From positions 124,806,001 to 124,870,000 of the forward strand of contig OZ024742.1 in NCBI GenBank assembly GCA_964016885.1: a stretch of DNA of 64,000 nucleotides, given 5' to 3'. Source of the stretch: Eledone cirrhosa. Taxonomy: Eukaryota. Under the pieces are notes generated by a model. The model saw only the letters and a list, made by a program, of their open reading frames with translations, was not told the origin of the DNA and made no database searches. Below are positions 60,901 to 64,000 of this stretch, piece by piece. The translations under genes were made by a program, and so were the position numbers. Within the stretch, counting starts at the first letter, position 1; each line of letters opens with the position of its first letter.

Positions 60901-62127
60901 ATAAAAAAAACGGGGCACCCAAATAAAAAACGGACCACCCCTCATAAAAAACAGGGCACCCAAATAAAAAACGGACCCCCCGTAAAAAAACGGGGCACCC
61001 AAATAAAAAACGAGGCACCCAAATAAAAAACGGGGCACCCAATTAAAAGAACGGGGTACACTAATAAAAAACGGGCCACCCAAATAAAAAACGGACACCC
61101 CGCCCCATAAAAAAACGGGGCACCCAAATAAATAACGGGGCACCCAAATAAAAAATGGACCCACCCATAAATAAACGGGGCACCCAAATAAAAAACGGGA
61201 CCACCAAATAAAAGTCGGACCCTTCCATAAAAAAACGCGGCACCCCAATGGAAAACGGGACACGCAAATAAAAAACGGGGCACCCAAATAAAAACGGACC
61301 TTTCCATAAAAAACGGGGCACCAAAATAAAAAACGAGTCACCCAAATAAAAACGGTGCACCCAAATAAAATAACGGAAAACCTAAATAAAAAACGGGGTA
61401 CCCAAATAAAAAAACTGGGCTCCCAAATAAAAAACGGTGCAGCCAAATAAAAAACGGACCTCCTCATGAAAAAACGGGGCACCCAAATAAAAATACGAAA
61501 CCCAAATAAAAAACAGACCCCCCCCCATAAAAAAACGGGGCACCCAATTAAATAACGGGGCCCCCAAATAAAAACGGACCCACCCATAACAAACGGGACA
61601 CCCAAATCAAAAACGGACCTGTCCATAAAAAACGGGGCACCAAAATAAAAAAAACGGGGCACCCCGATAAAAAAACGGGCACCCAGTAAAAAACGGGGCA
61701 CCCAAATAAAAAAAGGGGCACCCAAATAAAAGAACGGGGCACCCAAATAAAAAACGGGACCACCAAATAAAAATCGGACCCCTCCATAAAAAAACGGGGG
61801 ACCCCAATAAAAAACGGGGCACCCAAATAAAAAAAAGGGGCACACAAATAAAAAAACTTGGCACCCAAATAAAAAACGGGACCACCAAATAAAAATCGGA
61901 CCCCTCCATAAAAAAACGGGGGACCCAAATAAAAAACGGCCCCCCATAAATAAATGGGGCACCCAAATAAAAAAGGGTCAGCCAAATAAACAACGGGGCA
62001 GCCAAATAAAGAAAGGGGGCACCCAAACAAAAAACGGACCCCCCATAAATTAACGGGGCACCCAAATAAAAAACGAGGCAGCCAAATATAAAACGGGGCA
62101 CCCAAATAAAAAAACGCAACACCCAAA
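48921..62127 (+). repeat. ~13-kb satellite, ~20-21-bp monomer GGGGCACCCAAATAAAAAAC, with higher-order repeats
   Basis: Hundreds of variant monomers; identical spurious ORF starts recur at offsets 925, 1285, ~1455 and 1731 bp. Confidence 0.97.
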
Positions 62128-63180
62128 TATTTAATAGGGGTGGTGGTACCGCGGTGTGGGCGTTATACTGTCTTAATTTATGATGGTTACTGAATGCTAT
62201 GTGGCTAGCTAGGTTAGGTGTTGTGGAGAATGAGATTTTAATGTTAATTTTATTAAGAGCTTGTAATATCTATGGTTGGGGGGGGGGTTAGATAGGATAG
62301 AGAAGAAGCGTTTGGGGATATTAGTGGCTAGATTAGATGAGAATGGGTGGTTAAACCTTGGTGATATTTCTAGGTCTATTCCTTCTAGGGGTTCTAGTGG
62401 AGTTGGTAGGGGCCTTCCTAGGGTTATTATTACCTGGCGATTTGTTATTTGTCATCCCATTTCTTATTCCTATACTAGGGTTGATTTTTAGTTTGCTACT
62501 TGGAGTGGAGAGCAGGCCGCTGCCACCATTAAAGTTCCCTGTATAGGTGCTGTTACTGCTAAAATTCCGGCGATTCTGGCTATATGCTAAGGTATTTCTA
62601 GTTCTAGTGTTAAGTTTATTATGGTGAATTGCTGTGTTAAGGCATTTAGGTATGTAATAAATTGATTGTTCATAACCAGATTCAGAAAGAGCCTTGTTAT
62701 AATATTGTGCGTGGTTTATAAACATCTCCTCATTTGCTGATAGCATTGAGATCCTATACGAGATAGATTTGATTACTGCTCAGATGACTGCCGGTGGGTG
62801 GTTAGAGTGTGGGCTAATATATGTGAGTATTTCACCTGGTTTGTGGTAAGGGTAATATAGGTTATTGTTGAGATCCAGGGTGACGTCTAGGAAGTTTACT
62901 ACTTTATGGTTCGGCTCGATGGTGATAGAGAGAACGTTATTTTTAAAAAGTTTATGTAATTGTTTTGGTAGCAAATCGATTCGCCGATTAGTGCAATTGT
63001 GGACTGCAAATAGGGCGTCGTCTCTGTATATTCCGCCTTGCGAGGGTTGAATTTCGGCTCCGATGTTACGTAATAGGTAAATCCCAACTAAATCGGTGAT
63101 TTGCGCGGAGTCACTTGAGCCCATCGTAATGTAAAAGTTGTCTGTTCTATCTTTTCTAGTCCAGAGTGTTTTTTTTAATA
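62128..63180 (-). mobile_element. Internal PLE fragment (RT C-half to post-NPP region), truncated at both ends
   Basis: LWTRKD..FYITMGSSDSAQITDLVG, GGIYRDD, VNFLDVTLDL, SNHP, SGY, FNHPF, IKISFSTTPNLA. Confidence 0.9.
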
Positions 63181-63204
63181 TTATTATTCTCTACATTCGT
63201 TATT

Positions 63205-64000
63205 CCTTTATTTGGGTGCCCCGTTTTTTATTTGGGTGCCCGTTATTTATGGGGGTCCGTTTTTTATTTGGGTGCCCCGTTTTTTATTTGGGTACCGCGT
63301 TTTTTATTTGGGTGCCCCGTTTTTGATTTGGGTGCAGCGTTTTTTATTTGGGTGCCCCAAATAAAAAACGGGGCACCCAATTAAAATACTGCCAAATATA
63401 ATATATTATATTATTTGGCAGAATCGGACACCATGCTTTGAAGCATAGAGTTACGTCCCTTTATGGTCTGAGTTCAAATCCCGCCGAGGTTAACTTTGCC
63501 TTTCATCCTTACGGGGTCGATAAAATAATGTACCAGTAATGTAATGCTGGTCTTGTGCCTAAAATAGAAACAATTATATTATATTATATTATAATATAAT
63601 ATAATATAATATAATATTATATTATATTATATTATATTATATAAAACGGGGCACCCAAATAAAAAACGTACCCCCCACCATAAAAAACGCGCACCCCCAA
63701 AATAACCGGGGCACCCAAATAAAAAACGGGGCACCCAAATAAAAAACGGACCCCCCTCCAATAAAAAACGGGCAACCAATAAGAAAACGGAGCACCCAAA
63801 TAAAAAAACCGGGCACCGAAATAAAAAACGGACCCCCCCCCCCGTTTTTCATATGGGTGCCCCGTTTTTTTAATTAGGTGCCCCGTTTTTTATTTGGGTG
63901 CCCCGTTTTTTTATTTGGGGGCCCCGTTTTTTACTTGGGTGCCCCGTTTTTTTATTTGGGTGCCCCGTTTTTTAATTTGGGTGCACCATTTTTTATTTGG
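63205..64000. repeat. Same satellite in alternating orientations (- 63205-63357, + 63358-63382, + 63640-63840, - 63841-64000)
   Basis: TTTATTTGGGTGCCCCG versus CGGGGCACCCAAATAAA blocks; junctions GGGTGCCCCAAATAAA and GACCCCCCCCCCGTTTTT. Confidence 0.93.
63415..63575 (+). mobile_element. tRNA-derived SINE inserted in the satellite, followed by (ATATT)n/(ATAAT)n
   Basis: TTGGCAGAATCGG, GAGTTCAAATCCCGCCGAGG, GCCTTTCATCCTTACGGGGTCGATAAAATAA. Confidence 0.85.

Noticed and set aside
48777-62126. Dozens of long F/G/P/W-rich ORFs on the minus strand
   Set aside because: Artefacts of the satellite: all three frames are open and simply translate the 20-mer.
48921-62127. CRISPR-like array or telomerase-like repeats made by the neighbouring PLE RT
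   Set aside because: No unique spacers, no cas genes, eukaryotic context; no template for the monomer is visible in the PLE sequences, and HORs fit ordinary unequal exchange.

Overview
AT-rich, gene-poor animal genomic DNA with no recognisable host gene. The tRNA-derived SINE family resembles octopod cephalopod SINEs, so that origin is an inference. Bases 1-48.9 kb are a mosaic of decayed retroelements, most of them abutting (TA)n or (CA)n microsatellites. They include at least 8 Penelope-like element (PLE) copies or fragments with RT plus C-terminal GIY-YIG (two distinct lineages), two RTE-like LINEs, an R4/Dong-like RLE element, CR1-like and other LINE pieces, a mariner remnant and 4 SINEs. 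Bases 48.9-62.1 kb are a ~13 kb, ~20-bp-unit satellite with kb-scale higher-order repeats. It flips strand three times at 62-64 kb, around a PLE fragment and a SINE. The main unannotated signal is about 18 type-I hammerhead ribozyme (HHR) motifs read by eye. Several sit in short ORF-less fold-back or direct-repeat elements embedded in TA tracts, including four consecutive unrelated fold-backs at 32.4-34.2 kb. Some have a CCGANGA core or a greatly lengthened stem II. All RNA structures were read manually and not computed; coordinates are approximate to a few bp.
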